DNA of 64,000 nucleotides from an uncultured Verrucomicrobiae bacterium (GCA_963765205.1 CAVXVB010000009.1:1248001-1312000); one strand, 5' to 3'. Positions 29,952-39,855 are shown, counted from the first letter of the stretch. Notes: generated from the sequence alone by a model not told the origin. Made by a program: numbers and translations.

Positions 29952-31652
29952 ATGACGAAAAGAATTCTTTGCGGCACGGTGTTAATGGCGGCGGCTTTTC
30001 GATTCGCGGCCGGGGCGGATACGTCTGTACTGCCCACCCCGCCAGCGGCATGGTCGCCGGATTTGGGCGATGGCACCTATAAAAACCCGATCATCTTCGC
30101 CGATTATTCCGACCCGGATGTGACGCGGGTGGGCGATGATTTTTATCTGGTGTCGTCGTCCTTCACCTGTGTGCCGGGTTTGCCGATCCTGCATTCAAAA
30201 GATTTGGTCAACTGGACAATCATCGGTCACGCGCTGCAGAAGCAAGTGCCCGAGGAGCATTTCAACGCAGTGCAGAGTGGCGGAGGGGTGTGGGCGCCGT
30301 CCATCCGCTTTCATGCGGGCAAGTTTTATATTTTTTATCCCGACCCGGATAACGGAATTTACATGGTTACCGCCACCGACCCGGCGGGCGCGTGGAGCAC
30401 GCCGGTGCTGGTGAAGGCAGGCAAGGGCCTGGAAGACCCCTGTCCATTGTGGGATGACGACGGGAAGGTCTGGCTCGTGCATGCCTGGGTTGGCTCGCGG
30501 GCGGGGCGCAACAACATCCTGACGCTGGTGCCGCTCAGCGACGACGACGCCAAAGCCACCGGGGACGGGCAGGACATCATCCTCGGTGCAGATTTTAAGG
30601 TCACCACGCTGGAAGGCCCGAAGTTTTACAAACTCAAGGGTTACTACTGGATTTTTGCGCCAGTAGGCGGCGTGGGCGGTGGCACCGAGGCTGTCTTCCG
30701 CTCGAAAAACGTGGCGGGGCCGTATGAAATGCGCATCGTCCTCGCGCAAGGCGGCACACCCGTCAACGGCCCGCATCAGGGTGGACTCGTGGACACGCCT
30801 GACGGCAAGCAGTGGTGGTTCATTCACTTTCAGGATCGGGCGGCAGCCACGCCAAAGGGAGCCGAAGGCCGCGTTGACCATCTGGAGCCAGTCGCCTGGC
30901 GCGAGGATGGCTGGCCGGTCATCGGCAACGACCCGAACAACACCGGAACAGGTGAGCCGGTGCTCACTTTTAAAAAGCCGGAGGTGGGTAAAACTTATCC
31001 CGCCGCCACGCCGCAGAGTTCGGACGAATTTAATTCACCCGCGCTCGGCCTACAATGGCAGTGGCTGGCGAACCCGCAGGCCCATTGGTTTTCGCTGACC
31101 GCGCAACCGGGCCGCCTGCGCCTCTATGCCCAGCCGGCCAACGCCAGCCTGGTGCGCCAGCCCAATTTGCTGTTACAAAAAATTCCCGCACCCGCGTTCA
31201 ATGTCGTCACCCGGATAAATTTCTCGCCCCTGGCGGAGGGGGAAACCGCCGGGTTGATCATTTATGGCTCGCCATGCGCATGGATTGGGTTGAAAAAAAC
31301 CGCCGGCGGCGACGGTTGGCGGGTAAGCCAGACAGTCAGTCGCCCAGGTGCGGCCAACGCACCCGACATCGTCGCGGAAGCGGCGGGCGCGGCGGTGAAC
31401 GCGAACTCGCTTTATCTCGCCTTCTCCATGACCGCCGATTCGCGCGCGCAGTTCAGCTACAGTGAAGATGGGCAGAACTACACCACACTCGGCGCACCCG
31501 TGGCCATCGCCGCCATCCGCAACAGTTGGATCGGCGCAAAATTCGGCCTGTTCGCCGTGAATTTCAGAACGCCCGGCGATTCAACCGCGGCCCCATCCGG
31601 CTATGCGGACTTTGCTTGGATCCACGTCGTGCCCGTCGGTAGCCAACCATGA
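29952..31652 (+). CDS. Secreted GH43 glycoside hydrolase with C-terminal ConA-like domain
   Basis: NPIIFADYSDPDV, WAPSIR, EDPCPLWDDDG, EGPKFYK, PHQGGLV, SDEFN. Confidence 0.92.
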   Translation: MTKRILCGTVLMAAAFRFAAGADTSVLPTPPAAWSPDLGDGTYKNPIIFADYSDPDVTRVGDDFYLVSSSFTCVPGLPILHSKDLVNWTIIGHALQKQVPEEHFNAVQSGGGVWAPSIRFHAGKFYIFYPDPDNGIYMVTATDPAGAWSTPVLVKAGKGLEDPCPLWDDDGKVWLVHAWVGSRAGRNNILTLVPLSDDDAKATGDGQDIILGADFKVTTLEGPKFYKLKGYYWIFAPVGGVGGGTEAVFRSKNVAGPYEMRIVLAQGGTPVNGPHQGGLVDTPDGKQWWFIHFQDRAAATPKGAEGRVDHLEPVAWREDGWPVIGNDPNNTGTGEPVLTFKKPEVGKTYPAATPQSSDEFNSPALGLQWQWLANPQAHWFSLTAQPGRLRLYAQPANASLVRQPNLLLQKIPAPAFNVVTRINFSPLAEGETAGLIIYGSPCAWIGLKKTAGGDGWRVSQTVSRPGAANAPDIVAEAAGAAVNANSLYLAFSMTADSRAQFSYSEDGQNYTTLGAPVAIAAIRNSWIGAKFGLFAVNFRTPGDSTAAPSGYADFAWIHVVPVGSQP

Positions 31653-31657
31653 CCACC

Positions 31658-34162
31658 TTAAGGGTTCGCAGTCGCCGGTTTGATGGGTGCGGTTCCGGTG
31701 GTAGTTGTGTCCGGTGCTGCCGGTGGATTGGACTCGGCGACTTTGGTGGCGCTGTCCGTCGGCGTTAACTGTTTGTCCAAGCTCAGCCAGTCCCCCATGA
31801 TCCGAAGGCTCTCACGCAATTGGATGTCATAATCCACCGGGGTGTTGGCGGGGTCGTCGTCATCGGACTTGAGGGCATCCAGGGTGAAGGCCGGCTGGCC
31901 ATCCTGCTGGCTTTTGGCGGCCTCGAGGAGGACATCGGTGGATTTGTAATTGTTCTTGGCCAGGGCCTCGAGGCTCTTCTTCAAATCGTCGCGGAAGGCG
32001 ATATCCTTGCGCCGTTCGGCCATGCGCGTGTCAAAATTAAGCGAAAAGTCTTTTTGCTGCTCGCGGGCTTTTTCCCAGTCAATGCGCTTCTGGAGCAGGG
32101 CAAACTCTTCCAAGCTGGTACGCCGGGCTTCGCTGGCGGCGCGCAACTTGGCCGCGAGGTCGTCGGTGACCAATGAACTGCGCCACGGCCCATCGCCTTG
32201 CAGGGTCAGCGAGAAGGGTTTGACACTGTCCCACGGGAGCGCGTGCTTGAGGTCACCTTCGCCAATGGGGAGAAAATCAATATCGGAGGGCAGTGGGATA
32301 TCGGCCTTGACACCCCGGGACTGGACGGAATTGCCGTCGGGCAAATACCATTTTTCCATGGTAATCTTGGCCGCGCCCTTTTCCGTCGGTTCGCGGATGC
32401 TGGTAAACGGATACATCTGTTGCACAGTGCCTTTGCCGTGGGTGGTTTGGTCGCCAACGATGAGCGCGCGGTGATAGTCTTGCAGAGCGCCGGCCATGAT
32501 CTCCGTGGCGGAGGCGCTTTGTTTGGATTCGAGCACGATCAACGGGCCGTCCCAGAGCGGAGTCGGTTCTTCGCTGGTCATGGGCCGGTCGAATCCGTTG
32601 ACGGTGCGCACGCCCAAAATCGGGCTGGGGGGGATGAAGAGACCGGCGAGGTCAATCGCCTCGGTGAGGAAACCACCGCCGTTGTCGCGCACGTCGAGCA
32701 CGAGGCCATGCACACCCGCGGCCTTGAGTTTGCCGATCAATTCGCTCACATCCTCCGTGGTGCTGAATTTATCGCCGTCGCTAACTTTGCCGTAAAAGGC
32801 CGGCAGATTGATCACGCCGATGGGCACGGTCTGGCTGCCGGAGGGCACCTCGATAATTTTGGCCTTGGCCAGGGAGGTGGTCATGGAGATTTTTTTCCGC
32901 TGGAGCGTAACGACTTTGGCGTCGGCGTCGCCACCGTCGGCGGGAATGATTTTCAGGCGCACGGACGTGTCTTCGGCGCCACGGATCAAGCTGACGGTTT
33001 TGTTCAGCTTGATGCCGTCCACTTCCACCAGGTCGCCGGTGGCCTGGCCAACCGCGACAATTTTGTCGCCGGGGTGGAGCAGTTTGGATTGTTCCGCGGG
33101 GCCGCCGGGGACCAATTGGCCGACGACGCAAAAATCGTCCTTGTCCTCCAACACGCAGCCAATGCCAATGAGCACGTTGCTCATCTGCGAGTCGAAGGCT
33201 TCCAAGCCATTATCCGTGAAGAAATTGCTGTGCGGGTCGTATTGGTCGGCCAGGGTGTTGAGGAAAATATCCTGAACTTCGAGCGCGTCGGTCTCATCCA
33301 TGACTTTTAACAGGCTGTTGTAGCGCTTGCGCACGGCGTCCTTGGCGGCGGTGACTTTTTCGGCGAAGGTCTTGGGCGCGGCGGGCTTGGCGTCGGCCGC
33401 CGGCTTGTCCGCCGGGGCGGGGGTGGCGGGAGCTTTATCGCTCGCGGCGGACGGGGCGGCCGCGGGTGGGTTCGCGGCATCGGCAGCCTTTTTATTGGCC
33501 TGGTCAATTTCGAGCGTCTCGGAGGCCAGCAATTCGTTGATCACATCGTAACGGATTTGCTTGTCCCAGAGTTGGTCGGCTTCAGCTTGGGTGGCCGGCC
33601 AGGGCACATTGGTGCCGCCAGTGCCGGAGTCGGGGGAGGCGCTTCCATCAATGGCAATATCCCCCTGCCCGGCGGTGTCGCTGCGGTCGGGACGGAAAGT
33701 GTCGTTGCCTTGCAGGTTAATGTCGCCGTCGAGAAATTTGTTGATCCAGTCCACGCGGGCGTGAAACACATCCCGGTATTTCTGGAAAATATCGTAGGCA
33801 GGCGTGAGGTCACCGAGGAGTTCGATGTCGGTTACCAGGACCGGCGCATACTTGTCTTCGAAGGCGGTGACATCGCTCTGGAGCAAAAAAAGGTGCCGGG
33901 AATCGAGGTTGGCCATATACTCGCGCAGCAACTCGCGCTGGTCCAACTGCGCCATCTTTTGTTGCGAATAATGGTCGGCTTCCAGGTATAAGACGGTGGA
34001 GCGCGTCTCTTTGGACATCTCCTCGGTGTCAACCAGCGGCGCGGGCGCCTTGGGCGCGGACTCCGGCGGCGTGGGGACGGCCCACAAAACGGGCGCCAGG
34101 GCGGCGGCCAGCGCGGCCCCTAAAATGGTCAAACGGCGGCGGGAGGGGAATATTCCATTCAT
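31658..34162 (-). CDS. Carboxy-terminal processing protease (S41, Prc/Tsp-like) with PDZ domain
   Basis: YDPHSN, GIG, LDVRDNGGG, SASATEIMAGALQDY, GKGTVQ; start set at ATG 34162. Confidence 0.92.
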   Translation of the reverse strand: MNGIFPSRRRLTILGAALAAALAPVLWAVPTPPESAPKAPAPLVDTEEMSKETRSTVLYLEADHYSQQKMAQLDQRELLREYMANLDSRHLFLLQSDVTAFEDKYAPVLVTDIELLGDLTPAYDIFQKYRDVFHARVDWINKFLDGDINLQGNDTFRPDRSDTAGQGDIAIDGSASPDSGTGGTNVPWPATQAEADQLWDKQIRYDVINELLASETLEIDQANKKAADAANPPAAAPSAASDKAPATPAPADKPAADAKPAAPKTFAEKVTAAKDAVRKRYNSLLKVMDETDALEVQDIFLNTLADQYDPHSNFFTDNGLEAFDSQMSNVLIGIGCVLEDKDDFCVVGQLVPGGPAEQSKLLHPGDKIVAVGQATGDLVEVDGIKLNKTVSLIRGAEDTSVRLKIIPADGGDADAKVVTLQRKKISMTTSLAKAKIIEVPSGSQTVPIGVINLPAFYGKVSDGDKFSTTEDVSELIGKLKAAGVHGLVLDVRDNGGGFLTEAIDLAGLFIPPSPILGVRTVNGFDRPMTSEEPTPLWDGPLIVLESKQSASATEIMAGALQDYHRALIVGDQTTHGKGTVQQMYPFTSIREPTEKGAAKITMEKWYLPDGNSVQSRGVKADIPLPSDIDFLPIGEGDLKHALPWDSVKPFSLTLQGDGPWRSSLVTDDLAAKLRAASEARRTSLEEFALLQKRIDWEKAREQQKDFSLNFDTRMAERRKDIAFRDDLKKSLEALAKNNYKSTDVLLEAAKSQQDGQPAFTLDALKSDDDDPANTPVDYDIQLRESLRIMGDWLSLDKQLTPTDSATKVAESNPPAAPDTTTTGTAPIKPATANP

Positions 34163-34325
34163 GGCAAGGATAATACTTAAGGAAGAAACAGAGTATGCAC
34201 ATTCCCGGCCCCTTGTCGAAGTCTCAATTTCAGGCAAAAATTCTTTTACAAATGCGGGGAAAGCGCAACCTCCGGCGGTGACGCGGGTGCCACCCTCCCC
34301 TTGGGCCGATGATTCCAATTTGTCA

Positions 34326-34406
34326 TTTCATGCTTCATCCGTCATCCCTCATCCGTCATCCTTTGCTCCCTCCTTCTTAATTCATAATTCTTACCTCTTA
34401 ATTCCT
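34326..34406. repeat. Two adjacent heptamer tandem arrays
   Basis: TTCATGC TTCATCC GTCATCC CTCATCC GTCATCC then TAATTCA TAATTCT TACCTCT TAATTCC. Confidence 0.75.
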
Positions 34407-34407
34407 C

Positions 34408-36165
34408 ATGCGCACTGTCTGGCGGGTTTCCAAATATATGCTGCGGTATCGCGGGCTGTTTCTGCTCACGATGCTGCTGGCCGTGCTGTCGGTGGGGGCA
34501 ATGATCGCCATCCCGAAGGTGGTGCAGCACATCCTGCAAAATGTAATCGCGCAGGCCGGGCCGCGCCAGCTTTGGCTTGGCGTCGGGGCAATCGCGCTGC
34601 TCTATGCCGTGCTCAGCTTCTTCAACAGTTTGCGCATCCGCGTCAACAACTCGCTCGAGCAAAAGGTGCTGCTCGATTTGCGCAGCGACGTGCATACGCG
34701 GCTGCTCGAGCTACCGGTGTCGTTCTACGATCAGCGCAAGTCGGGCGAGATTTCCTCGCGGGTGGTGGACGACGTGGCGAACGTCGAGCGCGTGTTGCTG
34801 GACGGCACCGAGCAGGGCCTGATCGCCGTGCTGACCATCGTGGGCATCAGCCTCATCCTCTGGCATGACAACCCGCTGCTGGCGCTGTGCGCGATTTCGC
34901 CGCTGCCGGTGCTCTACACCTGGGGCATCGAACACGCGCGGCGCTCGCACAAGCGCTGGAAGCGCGTGCGCGAAACCTCGAGCGACTTGAACAGCCTGCT
35001 GGTCGAGGACATCCAGGGCAACCGTCTCATCCAGACGTTCGGCCTGCAACAGCATGAGAGCCGCCGCTTCATGAAAAAAGCCCTGGCGATGCGCGCGGCC
35101 ACCCTCGACGCGATGTTCGCCTGGGCCACGTATGGGCCGGGCACGACGTTCGTCACCAACCTCGGCCTCGTCGCCATCATCGGCGTCGGTGGCTGGCTGA
35201 TGTCGGTTAACCCGGATTTGTTCAACTTTCCACAACTGGTCGCCTTCGTGATGTATGCGGGGCTGCTTTACGAACCGGTCGGCCAGTTGCACCAAATCAA
35301 CCAATGGATCAGCCAGGGGCGAGCCTCGGGCGAGCGCGTGTTCGAAATCCTCGACCACCCGATTGACATCGCCAGCCCGCGCACCCCCACCCCGCTGCCG
35401 CCCGGCCCGCTGGGTGCGCGTTTTGACCACGCTGCGTTTGCCTACACTGGCCGCCCGGCGGTGCTGGAGGATTTTTCGCTGGAGCTGCCCGCCGGGCGCG
35501 TGACGGCGCTCGTCGGCCACACTGGCGCGGGCAAAAGCACCGTCGCCAACCTCGTCATGCGCGCCTACGACGTGACCGGCGGGAGGGTATTGCTCGGCGG
35601 CGTGGACGTGCGCGAGTTGGATTTGCGCGAGCTGCACGCCAAGGTCGGCTTCGTCGCGCAAGACCCGTTTTTATTCGAGGGCACTGTCGCGGAAAACTTG
35701 GCGCTCGTGCGCCCGAACGTGGCCGAGGAAGCGATGCTGGCCGCGCTCGACGGGGCGGCGGCGCTCGACTTCGTCCTCGCCCTGCCCCAGGGCCTGCACA
35801 CCAACATCGGCGAAAAAGGCATCCGCCTCTCGCAGGGCGAAAAGCAGCGCCTGACCATCGCGCGCGTGCTGCTGAAAAACCCGCCCTTCGTCATCCTCGA
35901 CGAGGCGACCGCGAGCGTGGACACGATCACCGAGCGCCAAATCCAGCGCGCGCTGGACAATTTGATGCGCGAGCGCACCGTGCTCGTCATCGCCCACCGC
36001 CTCTCCACCGTGCGCAAGGCCGACAACATCGTCGTGCTGCACCATGGCCGTATCCTCGAGCAAGGCACCCACGACGAACTGCGCGCCGCCGGCGGCCGCT
36101 ACGCCAGCCTCTGGGACCACCAGGTGGACTTGATTGACGAGCGCGAGGAGTTGCCCGCGGGGTGA
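34408..36165 (+). CDS. ABC exporter, fused permease/ATPase (MsbA-like)
   Basis: N-terminal TM domain; GHTGAGKST, LSQGEKQRL, ILDEATASVD, IAHRLST. Confidence 0.93.
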   Translation: MRTVWRVSKYMLRYRGLFLLTMLLAVLSVGAMIAIPKVVQHILQNVIAQAGPRQLWLGVGAIALLYAVLSFFNSLRIRVNNSLEQKVLLDLRSDVHTRLLELPVSFYDQRKSGEISSRVVDDVANVERVLLDGTEQGLIAVLTIVGISLILWHDNPLLALCAISPLPVLYTWGIEHARRSHKRWKRVRETSSDLNSLLVEDIQGNRLIQTFGLQQHESRRFMKKALAMRAATLDAMFAWATYGPGTTFVTNLGLVAIIGVGGWLMSVNPDLFNFPQLVAFVMYAGLLYEPVGQLHQINQWISQGRASGERVFEILDHPIDIASPRTPTPLPPGPLGARFDHAAFAYTGRPAVLEDFSLELPAGRVTALVGHTGAGKSTVANLVMRAYDVTGGRVLLGGVDVRELDLRELHAKVGFVAQDPFLFEGTVAENLALVRPNVAEEAMLAALDGAAALDFVLALPQGLHTNIGEKGIRLSQGEKQRLTIARVLLKNPPFVILDEATASVDTITERQIQRALDNLMRERTVLVIAHRLSTVRKADNIVVLHHGRILEQGTHDELRAAGGRYASLWDHQVDLIDEREELPAG

Positions 36166-36229
36166 GTGGGGGTGATTTTTATACCCGTTATTTTGCTGAC
36201 CAAATCGCCCAATTGTGATATAGAAGTAT

Positions 36230-36739
36230 ATGGAAAACACTCAATCATCTTTCGGCGAACGACCCGAATACGAAAGTGTTCGACAGAAATATCACATTAC
36301 TGAAGCGAACGTTAAATCTTTTGGCTTGTTTACTCTCATGGCGGCGGCTCTTTGCTTTGTTTTAGCTGCGTCAAGGGCATATAGCGACACCCCCGAAGGT
36401 TTGATTAAGCCACCTTCGGTTGCTGAGTTTACGCTTTGGGGCATTTTTTCATTCATTACAGGCATTGGTCTAATACGGCTTTCTACTTGGGCAAGAATTC
36501 CTGCCATCGTATTTTCTTGTTTTGCCTTGGTTCATTTCCCCATGGGCACTTTGTTCGGCGCCCTAATGCTTTATGCGATTCTCAACCCTAAAGCGGCAAT
36601 GGTCTTTTCAGGCGAATACAAGCAAATCATTGCCAACACACCACAGGTAAGGCACCGTACATCTGCTTTTTGTTATATGCTTTTATTTCTATTCATTGTA
36701 TTCTTTATTTGGGTAGTCGTGCATGGGTTTAGCTCCTGA
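36230..36739 (+). CDS. Hypothetical membrane protein, low GC
   Basis: 169-aa hydrophobic ORF, FPMGTL...VFSGEYKQIIANTP; AT-rich relative to flanks. Confidence 0.7.
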   Translation: MENTQSSFGERPEYESVRQKYHITEANVKSFGLFTLMAAALCFVLAASRAYSDTPEGLIKPPSVAEFTLWGIFSFITGIGLIRLSTWARIPAIVFSCFALVHFPMGTLFGALMLYAILNPKAAMVFSGEYKQIIANTPQVRHRTSAFCYMLLFLFIVFFIWVVVHGFSS

Positions 36740-36798
36740 AGAAACTGTGTTTTAATCGCTAAAATACACTGCAAGTACAAATTCCATCCGTGTAATCC

Positions 36799-37233
36799 GT
36801 GGTTCACTCTTCTGAAAAACCCCTCTTTGTTCAGCAACGCGCCGTCGAGTTCCATGAGACCGACGCGGCGGGGCTGGTCCATTTCACCAACCTCTTCCGC
36901 TGGATGGAAGCCGCCGAGCTGGCGTTTCTGCACGAGCGCGACGTGGCGGTGCTGGCCGTGGACGCGGTAAGAAATTCCGGCTGGCCGCGCGCCGCCGTCC
37001 ACGCCGAGTTCCTCGCGCCGCTGCGCTTTGGCGACCAGGTCGAGACGCGCCTGTGGGTGCGCAAAATCGGGACGAGTAGCATCACCTACCGCTTTGAGGT
37101 CTGGCGCTTGAACGGCTGCGGCGGGCCGCACCTCTCCGCCACCGGTGAAATCACCAGTGTCCACGTCGCGCGCCTCAAGGGTAAAATCCGCCCCGCACCC
37201 CTGCCGGCAACGATAAAGAGAAAACTGAAGTAA
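36799..37233 (+). CDS. Acyl-CoA thioesterase (hotdog fold, 4HBT/YbgC-like)
   Basis: VEFHETDAAGLVHFTNLFRWME, FLAPLRFGD. Confidence 0.88.
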   Translation: MVHSSEKPLFVQQRAVEFHETDAAGLVHFTNLFRWMEAAELAFLHERDVAVLAVDAVRNSGWPRAAVHAEFLAPLRFGDQVETRLWVRKIGTSSITYRFEVWRLNGCGGPHLSATGEITSVHVARLKGKIRPAPLPATIKRKLK

Positions 37234-37323
37234 TGCACCGCAAAGGCGCAAAGAGCGCAAAGAGGGAATTCTGTTAATTCTGTCAAAAAAGCCTTTGCGC
37301 TCTTTGCGCCTTTGCGGTGCATT
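37232..37323. repeat. 31-bp perfect inverted repeat built of 9-mer units (GCGCAAAGR)
   Basis: AATGCACCGCAAAGGCGCAAAGAGCGCAAAG (37232-37262) and its exact reverse complement (37293-37323). Confidence 0.9.
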
Positions 37324-37334
37324 CAACTTCCCCT

Positions 37335-38075
37335 ATGAAATTCATCGCCCATCGCGGAGCCTCCGCCCTCGCTCCTGAGAACACTGTCGCCGCCGTACGC
37401 TTGGCCGCTGCGCTGGGCGCGGATGGCGTCGAGGTGGACGTGCGGCTGACCCGCGACTGCCAGCTCGCTGTGCTCCACGACACCGACACGCGCCGCGTCG
37501 CGCCGAACCAGCCGGTCTATACCGCCAAGCGCCGCCGGTTGAAAGAGTTGCAGTCGCTGGATGTTGGTTCCTGGAAAGACCCGAAATTCGCGGGCGAACG
37601 CGTGCCTGCGCTCGGCGAAGTATTGGCCGCGCTCGGCCCGGAGCAGGAAATTTTCATCGAACTGAAGTCGCGCGAATACGACGAGATTCTGGCCAAGCTC
37701 AACCGCCTGCTCGACCCGCAGGCGGCGACCGGCTTTCCCGCCGCTCGCGTCGTGTTGATGAGTTTTGACGGCACGCTTGTGCGCAAAATCAAAAAGGCGC
37801 GGCCCGCCTGGCGCGTCCTGCTGCTGCTCAACCACAAGCCCTCGCGCCACCTGTATGGGCAAATTTTGTCGGCAGTGCGCGCTAAGTTCATAGACGGCAT
37901 TGGCCAAAACCGCACCTGGGCGCTCAAGGACGAGGAATATGCCGAGTTGCGCGAGAACGGCGCAATTTTGTCGGTCTGGACGGTGGATAATCCAACGGAA
38001 GTGGCGGCGTGGAAGAAATGGGGGTTTGATTATTTGACGAGCAATCGGGCGGAAAGGATGAAGGTTGAGGGATGA
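37335..38075 (+). CDS. Glycerophosphodiester phosphodiesterase family protein
   Basis: IAHRGASALAPENT, EVDVRLTRD, LHD, IELK, WTVDN. Confidence 0.92.
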   Translation: MKFIAHRGASALAPENTVAAVRLAAALGADGVEVDVRLTRDCQLAVLHDTDTRRVAPNQPVYTAKRRRLKELQSLDVGSWKDPKFAGERVPALGEVLAALGPEQEIFIELKSREYDEILAKLNRLLDPQAATGFPAARVVLMSFDGTLVRKIKKARPAWRVLLLLNHKPSRHLYGQILSAVRAKFIDGIGQNRTWALKDEEYAELRENGAILSVWTVDNPTEVAAWKKWGFDYLTSNRAERMKVEG

Positions 38076-38201
38076 AGGATGAAATTCCTGAATGCTGAAT
38101 TCTGATTACTGAATGCTCTAAAATAATTGCCTGCTGCTACCCGCGCTCGGAATTGTTCGCCAGCATTCAGCAATCGGCCTTTCCGGATTCATCCTTCATC
38201 C
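38056..38201. repeat. Nested inverted heptamer arrays
   Basis: Outer GGATGAA-type x4 (38056-38083) / TTCATCC x2 (38188-38201); inner CTGAATK-type x4 (38088-38115) / CAGCATTCAGCAATC (38161-38175). Confidence 0.8.
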
Positions 38202-38206
38202 TTATT

Positions 38207-38701
38207 TTAGCCTCTGATAATCTGTTCTGTCACCACAGCCAGCGGCTCCCCCGGCGCACAATCCGCGCGAATCGCCACAAATCCGCCGCGGTGCTGATCA
38301 AACCACGGCCAGACGAGCACTTTATCCGTCGGCGGGATAGGCAGCGCGTCAATTTCCTCACGCGGGAAAAAGGCAAATTCGCCCTCGTCGCCCGTAGGCG
38401 GCAACGCCGGAAGCGTTTTTTTGCAATCGAACAAAAACATCAGCCAGTGCCCGCCGCCTTCGTAATTTTTTTCGGAGATGTAGCCGAACAGGTGCAAATC
38501 CTGTGCGGTGACGGCCAAGCCGACCTCCTCGGCGGTTTCGCGGATGGCGCACTCGAAGGGCGATTCGCCGCGGGCCATTTCCAGCTTGCCGCCGATGGGG
38601 CTCCAGCAGCCGAGGTTGGGCGCCTTGCGCCGCTTGATAAGCAGCAGCCGCCCACGCGCCTCGCGCAAAAACACCAGCACGCTGATTTTGAACGCGGTCA
38701 T
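38207..38701 (-). CDS. NUDIX hydrolase
   Basis: Nudix box GGKLEMARGESPFECAIRETAEEVG. Confidence 0.9.
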   Translation of the reverse strand: MTAFKISVLVFLREARGRLLLIKRRKAPNLGCWSPIGGKLEMARGESPFECAIRETAEEVGLAVTAQDLHLFGYISEKNYEGGGHWLMFLFDCKKTLPALPPTGDEGEFAFFPREEIDALPIPPTDKVLVWPWFDQHRGGFVAIRADCAPGEPLAVVTEQIIRG

Positions 38702-38838
38702 TCCTTTTTTTTGAGTGTTACTTTTAGCGCGCGAATTTGCAAACTATTCGTTGAAGATGCTGTTATACGGGTATTGTATCGGCGCTAAAGCATTGAGCAT
38801 CTCGCCATTAAAGCCCAGCAATGGCGAAGGCGGAAAAA

Positions 38839-39091
38839 CTGCGTCGCTCGAAGTTCATTACTCGGGTGAGACTTGCTTTGCGGAATACCGGAAGTAGTCG
38901 CGCAGGTTGGCCCGCTGGCCCGCGCCTTGTTTATTGGTTGGCGTATGGGATTATATTCGCAAGCGGAATCGGTTGGCCGGGTCTTGCCTGGCGGTTACCG
39001 ATCTCGCCTGGTTGACCCATTCACTGCCGACTCCGTAAGCAACCCCCCCTGCGATGTCATCGCCAGTGGAACGCCCCTCGGGATCGAATTT
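38839..39091 (+). pseudogene. Possible heavily decayed AAA-ATPase/DUF4143 gene remnant
   Basis: LRRSKFITRVRLALRN then (shifted) PEVVAQVGP resembles this family's pre-Walker A region; GTPLGIEF resembles its C-terminal motif. Confidence 0.3.
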
Positions 39092-39434
39092 GGTCCAAGG
39101 ATTCTGGCAGACACACGTCTTCGACAGTCAGTGGACCACCCCAGCCCTGATTTCGCTTTTTTACGAAATATCTTGCAACCCCCTTGTTTTTTACTGGTTT
39201 AGTGTCGTTGTTATCAGGTATAGTCACCTTTCACCTCCTTCCACCATGAACTGGTCCATACATCTAATCGCTACGGCGGTATTCCTTACCAGGGAATCCC
39301 GTCGAGGTTCGTTGTGCCCCAGAATTCAAGCCCGGCAGAGCGATAATCCAATGCCTAAAGATTATCTGCAAACCGCAAATATTGGTGCATCCGGAAGTGA
39401 CAGGTCTTGAGCGATCGCTATCGTTAGCTTCGCC

Positions 39435-39465
39435 AACCCACTTCCCGCACGGAGGTGGGTTTTTT
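39435..39465 (+). terminator. Rho-independent terminator-like hairpin
   Basis: AACCCACTTCC-cgcac-GGAGGTGGGTT plus T tract. Confidence 0.65.
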
Positions 39466-39652
39466 GTTGGTCCAATCCGCAACCCGCCTCCTTTGCCCGC
39501 TTGAATACGCTTCTTTTGCAAATCCTTTCCGTGGCTTCACCGCTGAGCCCAATTGAATCAGCCTGCGCCCGCGCCAAATCCCGCGGCCGTCCAATCCGTT
39601 TGGCTATGGCCAGGCGAGAGGGGCGACGGTGTGTGTTCTTTTGCGAAAATTG

Positions 39653-39682
39653 TCCGGGTCACGATTTTTATCGTGACCCGGA
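39653..39682. promoter_or_regulatory. Perfect 13-bp-arm palindrome upstream of the tRNA array (candidate operator/UAS)
   Basis: TCCGGGTCACGAT-TTTT-ATCGTGACCCGGA, ~90 bp before the first tRNA. Confidence 0.5.
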
Positions 39683-39771
39683 TCGCCAGCCGGCGGCGTT
39701 ACGCCGGTAGTAAAGCCTGCGCGGCGCGTCCCTGAACTTTTTAGATCAGGCATTAGCCCCGCTCGCTTTGC

Positions 39772-39845
39772 CGTCTCGTCGTCTAACCAGTGCAGGATTT
39801 CGGCTTTTCACGCTGAAGATGCGGGTGCAACTCCCGTCGGGACGT
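39772..39845 (+). tRNA. tRNA-Glu(TTC), non-canonical T-loop
   Basis: Acceptor CGTCTCG/CGGGACG; anticodon arm TCGGC-TTTTCAC-GCTGA; T arm GCGGG-TGCAACT-CCCGT. Confidence 0.85.
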
Positions 39846-39855
39846 TCATTTTTAA

